Source of the DNA: Chrysomallon squamiferum
Taxonomy: Eukaryota > Animalia > Mollusca
Length of the DNA: 64,000 bases
Direction: 5' to 3'
Assembly: GCA_012295275.1 (NCBI GenBank)
Contig: CM022678.1
Coordinates: 12,028,001-12,092,000, forward strand
Shown: piece after piece, positions 40,845 through 56,749 of the stretch
How the letters are laid out: every line of letters starts with the position of its first letter
Numbering within the stretch: the first letter of the stretch is position 1
Notes under the pieces: model-generated
Database searches by the model: none
Told to the model about the DNA's origin: nothing
The model's input: only the letters and a program-made list of their open reading frames with translations
Translations under genes and position numbers: made by a program

Positions 40845-43215
40845 AAGGTCATGTTTAAGACATTTTCTTTGCCACTTGAAGATGGCTGCAGCACTGTGAA
40901 ATCCATGGCTACAGTCTCATGAGGTCTAATATTAAAGATAGTTTCAGTTTTGAGTTGTGGCAGTTCAGGCACCATACACCTTTCACACTCTTTACACCAT
41001 TGTTCCACATATGTGTGCATTGCAGGCCAGTTACATCTAATAAGACGCAGCATGCTTCTTTCAGTTTGACCCAACATGAACTTCGAAAGTGATTTTTTGA
41101 TGGATTGCAGAAGGAAGGTGAATCACTGAGAGAATTCTCTTACTGTGTCTCTGAATTATTATATAGAATGTACAGGAAAAACACTGAAAATATGAGTTTG
41201 AAGAAAGAACTAAAACAATTAGTCCAGCAGAGAGATGGCATGACCTTTCTTCAGTTACGGAAGAAGCCTTTAAACTGTCAGAAGATATGCGGTGTTCCAA
41301 CACTGCAAGACACAAAGTAACATCCAGAACTGTGCTTGCAGAATTCACTTCTTCACCATCAACACATCATCTGCTAGCAGAAGTATGTGAACCTGTTTCA
41401 AAGCAGCAGAAGCAGAAAGAAAATCTATCTGACATGTTTGCAAATACAATGTGACGTATTCAGCAAACTACTTCTCCACCAGCATTCAGTGTTTGCTTTA
41501 GTTACAACAGCCCTGACCATTTCACTAGGGACTGCACTAGAAACAGGCAGAGGTAGGTGGATAAGTAGAAGAGGAGGAAGTCAGTACCTAGTGGTACAAC
41601 AAGAGGAGACCAGCAAGAGCAGGCAGGAAACTTCGACCCTCTACTGTTGTGAGTCAGACAGTAGAGGAAAAAGGTTCTGACTTATCTGAGTCTGTTTCCA
41701 ATCAAGAGTTTGCCAGAATGTTCCTAACTGTCCTATAGTCCAAGTGTCTATTGGAGGGGTCGAAGTTGATTGTTTGTTAGATATTGGGTCAATGGTAACT
41801 ACCATAACTGAGGATTTCTTCCACAACAACTTTGCTCCACTTGGTATTCAGTTCCTTGCAAGTCAAGGATGGCTCTCACTTAAGGCTGCCAATGGACTGG
41901 ATGTTCTCTTTTGTGGATATACTGAACTGGACACTGAAGCACAAGGCAAATTAGTTCTTGTCAGAGGAATCTTGATGGTGAACAGACCTAAAGACCAAGC
42001 CACACAGCTACAGAGGGTACAAGTACCATGTATACTGGAGATGAATGTCATTAGCCAATGTAGAGAATTTCTTGCTAAACACCTTGGTAAACACTTCTTA
42101 AGGAAATTGATTAGCAGGTTTGGTCAAAAATGCCAGATAACTAATCTACAGACTGCCCAACAGATGAAAAGCATTAGTGGACAATGTCCAGTCTGTATTC
42201 CAGTTGAGTGTGCTGTTCTAATTGATGCTATTTGTCAAACTGATCAGCACAGATGGAAGATAGGTCAGGACATTTACCTGTGAATGTTATGGTGATAAAC
42301 ACTCTAGTTCATGTTCAAAATGAACCGTTTCATGTGTGTGCTGTAAACGTAGGGTCTACACTGATCTGGTTGAAACCAAGAACTAAAGTGGGTGTTTTAT
42401 CAACGGTGATAGCGGCAGATGAGCCTCAGTCAATAAACAAGATGGAGGTAGAATTTATAATCACAGAGAAAAGAGAAGAGGTTTACATGGAGCAGATTAC
42501 AGTGGGTTCACAGAATTCAACATGTCACAATGATAGATTGCATATTGATATCTCAAACTGTGATTGTTCTGATGAGCAGAAGAAAAAGTTAGAAAGAATA
42601 CTTGGCAAATACTGTGATGTTACTTAACTGATGCATTTGCTAAAGATGACCTTGATTTGATGTTTACATAACATAACATACATCCAACTGATAACATCCA
42701 AGTGTCACAACCGTACAGAAGAATTTCACAGTCAGTATCAGGAAGAGAAGAAGCACATCAAGAAACTTATGAAGCAAGATGTAATTTGACCCAGCCATAG
42801 CCCATATTGTCCTGTTGTTATAGTGAGAAAAACAGACAACGCAATTCATCTGTGTGTGGACTACAGGTGGCTGAATGCTAAAACTAGGAAAGACTGCTTT
42901 CCACTGCCTACAATAGAAGTCATTAGATGCTTTGCACAGAGCACTTTGATTCACTACACTGGATATGGCCTATGGATACTCCCAAGTTGCAGTCAAGTAT
43001 AAAGGCAAAGACAAAACTGCATTCATCACGTAAATGGGTTTGTTTGAATACAATCAAATGCCTTTTGGTTTATCAGGAGCACAAGCCACATTTCAAAGAC
43101 TCATGCAGCATTGCTCCTGAGAGCAGATATTTTAGTGTTACTAGTCTTCTTGGATGATATTGTAGTTTGGGCAAGTTCATTTGATGAACACCTAACAGAC
43201 TAGAAAAGGTATTTA
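40845..43215 (+). mobile_element. Degenerate Gypsy remnant: inverted integrase fragment (about 40845-41060, minus) joined to gag-protease-RT (plus)
   Basis: gag QKEGESLREFS, decayed knuckle CFSYNSPDHFTRDC, protease [67 protein letters not shown] and VFLDDIVV. Minus-strand WCKECERC..ETVAMDFTVL..ENVLNMT. DNA is closely similar to the element at 19640-21830. Confidence 0.9.
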
Positions 43216-43246
43216 AAATTTTAAAATATCTTATAACAACACCACC

Positions 43247-43286
<40 letters not shown>

Positions 43287-43765
43287 CTAATAATAATGAC
43301 AACGATAACAAAAACTATTATTATTATGATAAATTTTCAGAAAATCTGATCTTTTGTTTGAGTTTTTTGTTGTTGTTGTTGCTAAAACCCACATTCCTCT
43401 GTAGTCAGTGTAACATTCGATACCCAGTATTAAATTAAACAAGATTTATTTCTGATGACATAGCATTTTATCTGTGTCACGTGGTGGTTCTGAGTCATGT
43501 GATCAAGTGATTGTTGTCGTTCAGCTAGGACAGAAAAAAAATGTTCTTACAAGTATCAGGTCCGTACCTGAATTAAATCATAGATGTGGGCTTGCTGTTG
43601 TGTATTGTATGTCATTTCACCACTAATTATTATTTTTTCTAAAGTAATAACATTCAGGATATATGAATGATAATAATCACAAACACAGAGGTTTGACCCG
43701 AACTGAATAAACATCATCTGCTAATGTATGTTTCATATATGTAATAATATCTATATATCTATATC

Positions 43766-43799
<34 letters not shown>

Positions 43800-44078
43800 T
43801 TCCTTACCTTAGTCTTAAGAAATGAAAAATTTATGATGTGTCTGGAAGTATTTATAAAGCTGTATGATGTGTGTGAGTTCTGTGTGTATTTTGTATGTTA
43901 TTTATGTGAATATTTGACTGATTTAGGAATGAATATTCTGTAGCTTTATGTAGCTCTGTTTAGACTTTGACCAAATAGAAACACACTAAAATAAAAAGCA
44001 ATGCCAAATCATGAGACAACAAATATGTCTTCAAGTTTTCATAAACATATTTAGAGTGAATGTTATTAACAAAGCGTT

Positions 44079-45781
44079 ATTTAAACTGCTATTATTACTA
44101 TACTGTGTAGTATCTGTAGAGCTAACATAAGTAGCAGTAACAGTAATAATAGTAATAATATAATACTTAGAAGAGTAGTAAGTAGTAGTAGTTCTAGTAG
44201 TAATACTAGTAATAGCAGGTATAATAATAGTAGTATTGCTGAAGTAAGAGTGGGAGATTACTAGCGATAGCAGTTGTATCGCTGACCTAACAGTCACAGA
44301 TTACTAGAAATAGAGATAGCATTCCTGAACTAATCGTTTAGCAGTAATATTAGTAGAATTGCTGAAGTTGTCGATTAGGCACTAAAAGCAGTAGTATCGC
44401 TGAAGTAACAGTGATAGATTAGTGGTAATATCGGTAGTATTGCTGAAGTAACAATGGCAGATTAGTAGTAATATTAGTAGTATCGCTGAAGTAACAGTGG
44501 GAGATTAGTAGTAATATCAGTAATATTACTGAAGTAACAGTGACAGATTAGTAGTAGTAGAGGTAGTATTTCTGAAGTAACAGTGAGAGATAAGTAGTAA
44601 TAACAGTAGTATCGCTGAAGTAACAGTGACAGATTAGTAGTAATGGTGGTAGTATCGATGAAGAAACAGCGGCAGAGTAGTAGAAATAGCAGTAGATTAG
44701 TGGTAATATCAGTAATAATAATAGTGTATTTCAAAATAGGATGTGCACTGTAATAAAGTAAGAATAATAGCAAAACGCGAAAAAGAATAATGAGAAGTTC
44801 ACCAACCCGTGAAGGTCAGCGCGGGTTTCAACAGCAGCGTCGCCAACGTTCACACTAATAATAAAGATGTGTTTAATAATATATTTTAATACGGGATGCG
44901 CACGCTCAGAAATAATAATACTAGGTGATAAAAAGCAAAGAATAATGATGAAAAGCATTCTAAAACTACGTTAGGAACAATGCCGGTACGACGGCAACGA
45001 CGGCGACATTAATAGAAATTACAGTAATACATTTTAGCAGCTCAGAAAGCCGGTAGGACGGCGACATTAATAGAAATTAAAATAATATATTTTAATACGT
45101 GGTGCGCCCTCTCAGAATGTACGAAGAATAATTAAGATAAATCTGAATGAACTGTTACGAATGCAATAAACATCTCTACCAAAAATTTTGAACACATTTC
45201 TGTAACAGTAATCAAACTATTCCAGTGAAGAAATTTCTGAATGTTGTTTATAATTTTCATTACACTTTATTTATCTTGAACTCGGTAGTCTCAGAAAATC
45301 AGTGCTGTGTTTTTAAACAAGTGCACACTTCAGCATCAAACCTATCTCTGAAAATGTATCCTTTTTCATAGAACATGATTATTGTAAACACTCGTGTGAA
45401 AACAACTGTGATTTCTTAACAAGATTTTTCTGTTTTACGTTACAGTGTTGACTTTACCTTATCACAGTCCTCAAACTGAGACCCTTAACCACTGTGACAC
45501 AAATGTACTGCAAGATCATTTGACACGGAAACAAAAGTGTGTGTGTGTGTGTGTGTGCGTGCGTTTGTGTGTGGGTGTGTGTGACAGTTATTTTTGGTGA
45601 AAAGATGGACCTATCTGTATTGCTCAAAACATTTCTGAAGATTTCATAATTTCAACATGTAATTAACATGACTGTAAAATTATTCAGGAATGTTCAGTAA
45701 TTAATTATTTAAATAAAAATATATTTTAATGAAATGTTTTTGTTATTTTTCTATTATATCTGTATAATATCTATATTTTTG

Positions 45782-45819
<38 letters not shown>

Positions 45820-47082
45820 TCATAACTTAGTGGTGAACGCATTAATAAGCTCTTGACATGATTATATCTATATATGTATATTAGTAATATGAAGAGAAAT
45901 TAGATTGTAGATAAGAAGAATGTATGTTTTGTATTTAATTATATATTATTGGTCATTGTATAACTTGCTGATCAGACAGACTCCACACCTTTGTGTTGGA
46001 TCATCGAATATTTCGTCCTCTTCATTAGAGTCGTAAGTGCAGCTTCGTTCCCAGCCCCCGCTACTCCCCGTGGAGTCGATTCGTCCATATTCAGCTGTTT
46101 CGCGCGCTAACTGAGATCTCTCAGCACATTTTATCATTTGACGTCAGTCTTCCAATACGAGGCGCAAGCGTTTAAAAAAATAAATAAAAATAAAACACGC
46201 GTTCACCTGCTGATAAGATTTAATGTAAAAAATAACTCCGCCTTCCTCTTAGTTTTCATTTGATGTTTTAGTCAAAGCGTTCTTGTTGGCGGATTCGCGA
46301 TTTACTAAAGAAATGTAGTGATTAAGAATGAACCGTTATTATATATACTGTTCAAATGGCCAGTCGCCAGGTCATCAAATGTGACCAAAGTTCCGTTTAA
46401 GCGACTGGGATGTTAGAAATATTATGGTTAATAACCGGAAATTTTTTTATTTGGGTAACCTGTTTTTTTCTATAAGTTATAACACAAGATAATACTTTTA
46501 TAATAATTTTATCGCAAATATTTATTTCACATAAAACGATCGCCGATAGTTCCATAAGTTGGACGTATCGGCTTGTCTTATTTGCCATCATCTATTTATA
46601 AACACTACTTTAAAGGATTATCGGTTGGTTAACGGAACACGTTTTCATAGGAGAACACTGTAACTAATTGTTTGCTATTGTTTTTCCTTTTCAATTCCGC
46701 TTTTAATTGGCTAAATTGAAGCCAACGAACAAATTTAGCGAACTTTTAGAGCCTTACGTAAAGAATTATCGGTTGGTTAACGGAACAAGTTATCAAGGAA
46801 GATAACTCTATAACCTTGTATTTGCAATTGTGTTTCGTTTTCAGTTCCGGTAGGATTACTTACCCTGAACAAAAAATAAATAAAAATAAAAATAAAAAAT
46901 AAAATAAACAAAGAAATAAAGAAAAAATTCTAAAAAGAAAAGTTGAACGGTTGCATATTTTATAGAGGAAAGTCATTGATTTTCTTATTTTTGTCACACG
47001 CTAAACTTTATTCACTATCATTTCATGTTGCTTTCCTTTAATTTTTATTTCTTTTGAAAAACCCAAGCCTATAATACTATAA

Positions 47083-47134
<52 letters not shown>

Positions 47135-50100
47135 CATTTTTGTCAAGGTTTGTTTTAAAATGTCTTACCAGCAGATTTGTATAACTAGGACAAAATTTTT
47201 GTGGCTATTTTAATTAATAAAGAATTTTCATATTTCTTTTTAGATGTTGACAAATTAAGGTAAGCCGATACTTTCAGTTTATCGAACTACGAACAAACTT
47301 TTCAAGTGAAATAACTATTTGCTATAAAATTATTAATAGTGGCTTTTGTTTTATAACTTATAGAAAAAGTAAGTTCTTGTAGATTAATATTATTTATTCA
47401 TGTTAGAGACTGTTATAGAATTATATTTCGAAATCAGAATATTTTAAGTTTTAATCAGTTGTAATATATTTTATCTGGATAAACAAGACTCATTAAAATG
47501 ATTTTTATAAAAAAAAAAAAAAAAAAAAAATTTTTTTATAAGAATTCAGATTTTTGTTTGTTTTGCTGCTGAAAAAGATATGATACTTCTGGGAGTTCTT
47601 CAAAGCACTCCAATGAACAAAGAGAGAACTTGTATGGGTTTCTTCATTAGTATTTTTTCCTATTTAAGCAGCAGTTAATTTGTAATTTCTCCTTCATTTT
47701 TATAGAGGACATTTGAATGTATGTGGGGGGGTTACTGGTGTCTGCTTATATCTTCTATTGCTTTTTTACAGCATTAGTCAAAACAAACTCACAGCACTGC
47801 AAACTGAATGGGGTAACTCTGAGAGAGAAAAAAATCTGGCAGAAGAAAAAAGTAATTCACATGCCTTACATGTGAAGGCAGAGAAAGGATAGTTCAGTTT
47901 CTGCAGCATTTTCTCAAGATTATGACTAATTTTGCTTAGGTGAGTCCCAGGATTCAAAGGGAGTGATTTGAAAATCTTTCTGCATGTGAGACTAAATCTT
48001 CACTTTGGAGGGAGTATCAACAGACTGCTATTGCACAGGGTAAGAATTCATTTGAATAATGTGTAATTTTTATATATTAAGTGATATCATTTTAAGGATA
48101 TTATATTAATTCTTAGATTAATTGATTTTATATTGCAGTATGTTTTTGTTTGTTATTTTAAATTTTGTTTTCATTTTTATTTTTAAGAAAAAAGCTAATT
48201 GTCTTCTTCAGTTTGACTTGTCAGTACAAACAGTTCACATTCCAAACAGCCCACTCCAGCCTGAACCAGTTTACTTCCTTGTGTGAAGAAAATGTGGAAT
48301 TTTTAAAATATGTTCTGAAGTTCTGAGTTAGAAATCTATCAGTTGGTGAGTCAGTTAATCTCTTAATTAATTAATTTATGTAATTATTTTTTGTATTGGC
48401 GTATTTGCTTTTTGTTTTGTTTGTTACTGTGTATGTTATTTATTTATTTGTTTAACCTATGTGTCTGTGCTATTTTATGTTTTTGAATTTATTTAGTCAA
48501 ACATTTTTGTCTATTTATTTGTTTGAATTAAAGTTTTAAACTGTTGCTATCAAGATGTTTTTAAGTGTAAATTCAGTTTTTAATTCACTGAATGTGTCAT
48601 GTAGCATTAGGTGGTCACTGGACAAATGTGGACAGAGAAACAAGTAATATTTCATGGTTTCAGAAATTCCACAGCTAAAGTTTGGTGTTGTGTTTATTTT
48701 GTGTTTGAATTTGATTGTGTTTAGATTGGTGGGCTAGCTGGTTCTGAGTTTGATAATGTTGTTGTTATTAGTTTGTTACTAACATGATTTTGTGTTTGAA
48801 ATTGATTGTATATAGATTGGTGGATAAGCAGATTCTGAGTCTGGTAAGGTTGTTGTTATTTAGTTTGTTACTAAAATGAGTTTGGGTTTTGATGATAAAA
48901 GGTGTAACTAATTTTTATTTTATTTGTTTACTATTTGCTGGTTGCAACATTCACCCACTCCAGTCTACATTTGAAGATGGCTGACTGTTGTTTAAAAATT
49001 AGATTGTAGTGAAAGATGAGGTTTAAAGGGTTGATCAGGGCCTAGATCCTTCATGAGATGTTTATTACTGAGAGTGGATTTTAACACAGTATTTCAATGT
49101 GTGTAGGTTTGTGTCTGTATTTTAATGGTTGTATGTTTTATTCTAACATGAGACTGTCAGGCAGTGTGATGTTTGGTAAAAGTTTTTACAAGATGTAATT
49201 ATCTTCTGAATGTGGCATCCAAAGTTGCTGTCGAATGTGACTACTAAAAATTTGAATGATTTTCTTTGTTATTAAATGGTTATCTATTTTTAGTGTTATT
49301 TTGCTGTTATATTTCTTTCTTTTTTTCTTTTACTTTAGAGAGGAGGCATGCTGTCTAAGTGAAATCTTTATCTCTCAGTTTAAAGTCAGTCAGTCATTCA
49401 AGTTGTTTAGGTATGTTTGTGTTTGGTTGTTTAGAGATCTGCCTGCACACCAGTAATCTATAAATACTGTAATTACTTTTTTAAAATTTATTTATTTTTA
49501 AAATTGTTTTGCGAGGTATCAGGACTGGCTGGAGTTTCTATGGTGATGGACACTGCAGTAGCTGCATGCTAATGACTTCAGTTGTATCACTGTGTACATT
49601 TGGTTGTGTGCCACCAGTTCTGTCAGAGGCCACACAGAGTAAATGAGACCTCATTTCTGTCTGTTGGTAGTTGTAATTGTTGTCATGGCAGGTTTTCTGT
49701 TAAAGGTAAGTGTGGTCCAGTAGGTTGCTTTTCTCTCCATATACTGACATTAACTAGCTTGGCTTTGTTTGTGAATGAATCTTGTTGTAAACATTTTTTT
49801 TTATATTTCTTTTTTTTCTATCCAGGTAATATATTTTGTGATATATTTAAAAAGTGAGTTGGGTGGGTTTTTTCAGTTTTTTTTTTTCACTCATTTGGCT
49901 TTGGGTTTGTTGTTGTTGTTATGCAGACTGTTTTACTGTTTGCTGAGTCAGAGTTTCAGGATTAGTGTAGGAAATTCCCAGTAAGAAAATGTTGATCCCA
50001 GATGGTTACAGTGGAACCAAAAGTCTTTAAGAGTTTTGTGTTGATCCCAAAATAAATTTTCCGTGGATTCTTATTAATTATTTTCCATTCAGGGTTTTGT

Positions 50101-53100
50101 CCGAGTCAGTGTTTGTTGGTTTCTTATTTATCACCTTTTGCTTCTAGTCAACATTGTTCATTTTTAAAAACATTTAACTTCAAATTGGGTCTTTTTGCCT
50201 GCTGTCTTTTGTAAATCCTAATTTTCATTTCTGAATCATTTGAGAATCATTTGAGTTAGTGGTTTTTATGTTTTCCATGTTGTTGTCTTTTTTTATTGGT
50301 GGGTTTGTTGTTATTTGTCCTGGTTCTGAAAGTTTAATGTGTGCAGTTGTGTGTATACTTCAATGGTAATTATTTATAACTCTAATATGTCTCTATTTAC
50401 TTCAACACACACACACGCACACACACTTAAATATACAAACACACATACACATATTATTTTGTTTAGTGTTTTATTTTTCTTTCTCAGCCAGTCATTTTAT
50501 TTTTGTATTTTCATTTCTTAGTTTGTTACATTGCAAATTTAAAAATGTTTCTTCCTTTTAACAGTTATAATTAATTTATACTAGTATTATTTTTTATTAT
50601 TATCATTAGTTTTATTATTATTATTATTATTATTATTATATTAACTTTTAATAATTTTGGAGCTCTTATTTTAAAAATAAAAAATTGAGTGGATGGTGAT
50701 TTAAGTGTAAAATAAATTTTAGGTTCCCTTCATTTTATTAAAAATGTGCTGTTGAATCCTGTCTTTGCAGTTAAATAAATATTTTAATAATTTGCAGTTT
50801 GGTATTTACTTATTTATTTGTTTTCATGGATTTTACACATTTTTGGTTGTTGTTTGATTTGTTGTTTTTTGTTTTGTTTTCTTAGATCTTTAATTTCTTT
50901 TCTTTTTTTTAAAATTTAATTTAGTCTGTATTTGTGAGAAAAAAATATCAAGATTAGTGAGTTGTCTTAAAACAAATGGAACACTCAGTTTTAAAGAATC
51001 CAGTCAGAGAATTAAAGGTGGATTGTAGATTAGAATTTTTACTGTTATTTCTTGTTTTTAATATTTTATTGATTATTATTAATAATCTAAAAACCTCACA
51101 AAAACTGTTAAAACAGCTAATACTTTTCGTCTGTTTTGCAAGATAATATTTATCTAATTTACTTAAAATGTACTTAGCATGTTATGCAGAATCAACTTTT
51201 GATAAAAGTCAAGTATTTTCTGCTTTTCTATTTCCTTAAATTCTACTTTATCATTATAAATCTGTATACTCAAAACCCCCCGAAAATCCCAATTAAAAAA
51301 CAAAAAAAATGAAAGAACTTAATTAAAATGTTTTTCTAATATCGTATAGTTTTAAAAATTAAAACAAAACTTGGTAATTAATAAAATATTATCACCATTA
51401 CCAAAAAATTGTATTACTTATTCTGCATGGTTTTCAGTCATTTATAATGATTAAAATATGTAAACAGTTAATCATTTCTGTTCAAGTTGTGTTGTTTCTA
51501 CATTTCTGTTCAAGTTGTGTTTCTACATTTTATCTTTTACATGAAGGATGAATGATGAAGGTGGAGGCTGTAAATTAATGAGGAGATACAGAGTGAGTGA
51601 ATGAATGAATTAATTAATATCTGTTTAATTACATTTCATGGTTATTAGTTGAAAATATCATGATTTTTATTATTATTATTTTTTCACAATGTTGTTAAAA
51701 ATGAATTATGACAACAGTGAAAATAAAGTTAGCTGGTACAACCTGGGTTTGTTTTGTTTCTTTTTTGTTGTTTTTAACAATTTTTGATTTCTTACTCACT
51801 GATTTTCTATGTTAAATAAACATTATCTTAAGTATTGAATAAAAAATTATTAGCAAGTATAAAATGCTATTATTAGTTATACGAATTTATAATGCTCAGT
51901 GTATACCAAGTTTGGGTTATTTTACCAAAACTATATAAATAAAAATATTCCTCACCATCTAATTTAATAAAAGCTTGGGAAAAATATACATATAAAATGA
52001 AAAACAAAAAACAGAATAATTTGAAATACTTATTTCAACAAGAAAACAAAGTTTAACATCAAAACTACTTTTTCAAATGAAAAATAAAAGTTTAGAAAAA
52101 CTTTTCAAAAATCCTTAATTAAAAATTTAGAAAAGCATGATATGAAATGTTTTTAAGTTTCAAATTAAAAATTGTTTCAAATATTTCATGATGTTTTAGA
52201 GTTGAGAGGCTATAAAACACAAAAATACCAAGATTTCTAGTGATCAATAAAAATATATTAATAAAATATACATTGAAAAAAAAAAAAAGAATACCAAGAC
52301 ATTTGTTTACAAAAACTATAAAACTTAATAAATAACTTGACATATAATGAAGCCTGCAAATTAGTGATTAAGAACATTTTCAGTTTCTGATTTTATCTTC
52401 CAAACAACAAATACATGGCAAACATAGGTTTACACAACTGATTCCATTTTATGTTTTAACGAAGTTTTATAGGCTAAATCTTTACCAGAACTCAAAAGAA
52501 GTGGAAGTTCAGTCATCTGTAAATATAACATAGAAGTATACGAGTTTATTAAAACTTATAATATATATATATATATACATGATCAATAGTTTGCTAATAA
52601 ACAAGAATCCAAAATGATCCCAGAGGTCACTCTATCCTTGAAACATTACACTGTTTCCCATTCCACACTGAGCTCCATTAATAATTTATCAAAATAACAG
52701 AATTTGTTTTAAGATGAATGAAAAAAACATATTTAAAAGATTTGTCAAAAATAACTAAGAAAAACAGTGGTGGAAACACATTTCAGTTTATATTCTTACA
52801 ATGGTTATAATACAGACACTATATGTGTATGTAAATAAATCTATACTTTAATAGGATTTCCTGACTTATTCAGTTAAACAGTGAATATATTTTATGTATC
52901 TGTGATGTTCATTGTTCTTTGTAACAACAAACTTGATTTAATCTGACAAGAAATCATTTTCTCAACTGACGGCATTTTGTACTGTGACAGGAAACCACAT
53001 GTTGGTCTCAAACCACCATTAATCTCTACAGAATTTTAAAGACTTTATCAATTGTTAAATTCTAAATGAAAATTAGGATTATGTTTGATCAGTTTTTAAT

Positions 53101-56100
53101 ACTTTATTTTTTTTTTTAAACATTTGCAGTTTATAAAGTTAAATTCAGTTATTTTAAATATAATAAATAATTAGTAAAATAATAGATCTGTTTCAATAGC
53201 TATTATATTGATGAAAAATGTGATTTATTTTTTATTTTCTTAGCTGCTTTTCCTAATTATTTTCTTTCCTTATTTTATTTTATTTTTTTTTCTAGTCAAA
53301 TTGGTTATCAATTCTTTTAGTTCACTGTGGTAAATGACTGGAATAAAGTGAGAGAGAAAACTGTAAACTATGAATTAAACTGCTGTGTTTTCAGTGTGAT
53401 TATCAAACACTTCTCACTAGTCAATGAGTAAGTCAGTGTATGAAGTGTGGGTAGTCACACAATCACATCACATTAGTGCTTCCAGCAGACTGTTTCTATA
53501 AAAGAAATTGAAATGTGTCTTCCTGTCCATGTGTGCACATGTAGTTAAACATTTCAGACAGAAAATCCTTGAATGTAGAAAATACAACAGATTTAGATAA
53601 TTAAACCATTCAACACAATCTGCAGACATTTCTGTTTTACAGAACAAAATGATATTTTCAAAGTCAGTGTAAGACAGTATTTATTAATTATAATTGTATT
53701 TATGTTTGTATAGAGGAAAGAATATGTTAATATTTCTTCTAGCTGTCTCTTGAATTTTTTAATGTTACAAACAAAATAAATACTAGAAAACATAAGGTCA
53801 TGTTTAAGACATTTTCTTTGCCACTTGAAGATGGCTGCAGCACTGTGAAATCCATGGCTACAGTCTCATGAGGTCTAATATTAAAGATAGTTTCAGTTTT
53901 GAGTTGTGGCAGTTCAGGCACCATACACCTTTCACACTCTTTACACCATTGTTCCACATATGTGTGCATTGCAGGCCAGTTACATCTAATAAGACGCAGC
54001 ATGCTTCTTTCAGTTTGACCCAACATGAACTTCGAAAGTGATTTTTTGATGGATTGCAGAAGGAAGGTGAATCACTGAGAGAATTCTCTTACTGTGTCTC
54101 TGAATTATTATATAGAATGTACAGGAAAAACACTGAAAATATGAGTTTGAAGAAAGAACTAAAACAATTAGTCCAGCAGAGAGATGGCATGACCTTTCTT
54201 CAGTTCTGGAAGAAGCCTTTAAACTGTCAGAAGATATGCGGTGTTCCAACACTGCAAGACACAAAGTAACATCCAGAACTGTGCTTGCAGAATTCACTTC
54301 TTCACCATCAACACATCATCTGCTAGCAGAAGTATGTGAACCTGTTTCAAAGCAGCAGAAGCAGAAAGAAAATCTATCTGACATGTTTGCAAATACAATG
54401 TGACGTATTCAGCAAACTACTTCTCCACCAGCATTCAGTGTTTGCTTTAGTTACAACAGCCCTGACCATTTCACTAGGGACTGCACTAGAAACAGGCAGA
54501 GGTAGGTGGATAAGTAGAAGAGGAGGAAGTCAGTACCTAGTGGTACAACAAGAGGAGACCAGCAAGAGCAGGCAGGAAACTTCGACCCTCTACTGTTGTG
54601 AGTCAGACAGTAGAGGAAAAAGGTTCTGACTTATCTGAGTCTGTTTCCAATCAAGAGTTTGCCAGAATGTTCCTAACTGTCCTATAGTCCAAGTGTCTAT
54701 TGGAGGGGTCGAAGTTGATTGTTTGTTAGATATTGGGTCAATGGTAACTACCATAACTGAGGATTTCTTCCACAACAACTTTGCTCCACTTGGTATTCAG
54801 TTCCTTGCAAGTCAAGGATGGCTCTCACTTAAGGCTGCCAATGGACTGGATGTTCTCTTTTGTGGATATACTGAACTGGACACTGAAGCACAAGGCAAAT
54901 TAGTTCTTGTCAGAGGAATCTTGATGGTGAACAGACCTAAAGACCAAGCCACACAGCTACAGAGGGTACAAGTACCATGTATACTGGAGATGAATGTCAT
55001 TAGCCAATGTAGAGAATTTCTTGCTAAACACCTTGGTAAACACTTCTTAAGGAAATTGATTAGCAGGTTTGGTCAAAAATGCCAGATAACTAATCTACAG
55101 ACTGCCCAACAGATGAAAAGCATTAGTGGACAATGTCCAGTCTGTATTCCAGTTGAGTGTGCTGTTCTAATTGATGCTATTTGTCAAACTGATCAGCACA
55201 GATGGAAGATAGGTCAGGACATTTACCTGTGAATGTTATGGTGATAAACACTCTAGTTCATGTTCAAAATGAACCGTTTCATGTGTGTGCTGTAAACGTA
55301 GGGTCTACACTGATCTGGTTGAAACCAAGAACTAAAGTGGGTGTTTTATCAACGGTGATAGCGGCAGATGAGCCTCAGTCAATAAACAAGATGGAGGTAG
55401 AATTTATAATCACAGAGAAAAGAGAAGAGGTTTACATGGAGCAGATTACAGTGGGTTCACAGAATTCAACATGTCACAATGATAGATTGCATATTGATAT
55501 CTCAAACTGTGATTGTTCTGATGAGCAGAAGAAAAAGTTAGAGAGAATACTTGGCAAATACTGTGATGTTACTTAACTGATGCATTTGCTAAAGATGACC
55601 TTGATTTGATGTTTACATAACATAACATACATCCAACTGATAACATCCAAGTGTCACAACCGTACAGAAGAATTTCACAGTCAGTATCAGGAAGAGAAGA
55701 AGCACATCAAGAAACTTATGAAGCAAGATGTAATTTGACCCAGCCATAGCCCATATTGTCCTTTTGTTATAGTGAGAAAAACAGACAACGCAATTCATCT
55801 GTGTGTGGACTACAGGTGGCTGAATGCTAAAACTAGGAAAGACTGCTTTCCACTGCCTACAATAGAAGTCATTAGATGCTTTGCACAGAGCACTTTGATT
55901 CACTACACTGGATATGGCCTATGGATACTCCCAAGTTGCAGTCAAGTATAAAGGCAAAGACAAAACTGCATTCATCACGTAAATGGGTTTGTTTGAATAC
56001 AATCAAATGCCTTTTGGTTTATCAGGAGCACAAGCCACATTTCAAAGACTCATGCAGCATTGCTCCTGAGAGCAGGTATTTTAGTGTTACTAGTCTTCTT

Positions 56101-56192
56101 GGATGATATTGTAGTTTGGGCAAGTTCATTTGATGAACACCTAACAGACTAGAAAAGGTATTTAAAATTTTAAAATATCTTATAACAACACC

Positions 56193-56224
<32 letters not shown>

Positions 56225-56715
56225 CAATAACAATACTAATAATAATGACAACGATAACAAAAACTATTATTATTATGATAAATTTTCAGAAAATCTGATC
56301 TTTTGTTTGAGTTTTTTGTTGTTGTTGTTGCTAAAACCCACATTCCTCTGTAGTCAGTGTAACATTCGATACCCAGTATTAAATTAAACAAGATTTATTT
56401 CTGATGACATAGCATTTTATCTGTGTCACGTGGTGGTTCTGAGTCATGTGATCAAGTGATTGTTGTCGTTCAGCTAGGACAGAAAAAAAAAATGTTCTTA
56501 CAAGTATCAGGTCCGTACCTGAATTAAATCATAGATGTGGGCTTGCTGTTGTGTATTGTATGTCATTTCACCACTAATTATTATTTTTCTAAAGTAATAA
56601 CATTCAGGATATATGAATGATAATAATCACAAACACAGAGGTTTGACCCGAACTGAATAAACATCATCTGCTAATGTATTTTTCATATATGTAATAATAT
56701 CTATATATCTATATC

Positions 56716-56749
<34 letters not shown>

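Larger units (their letters stand above)
31161..44078 (+). repeat. Tandem segmental duplication, copy 1 (12,918 bp)
   Basis: Sequence from atttaaactgctattattac (31161) to ttattaacaaagcgtt (44078) recurs immediately downstream. The ORF track is duplicated at offsets of about 12,916-12,950. Confidence 0.97.
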
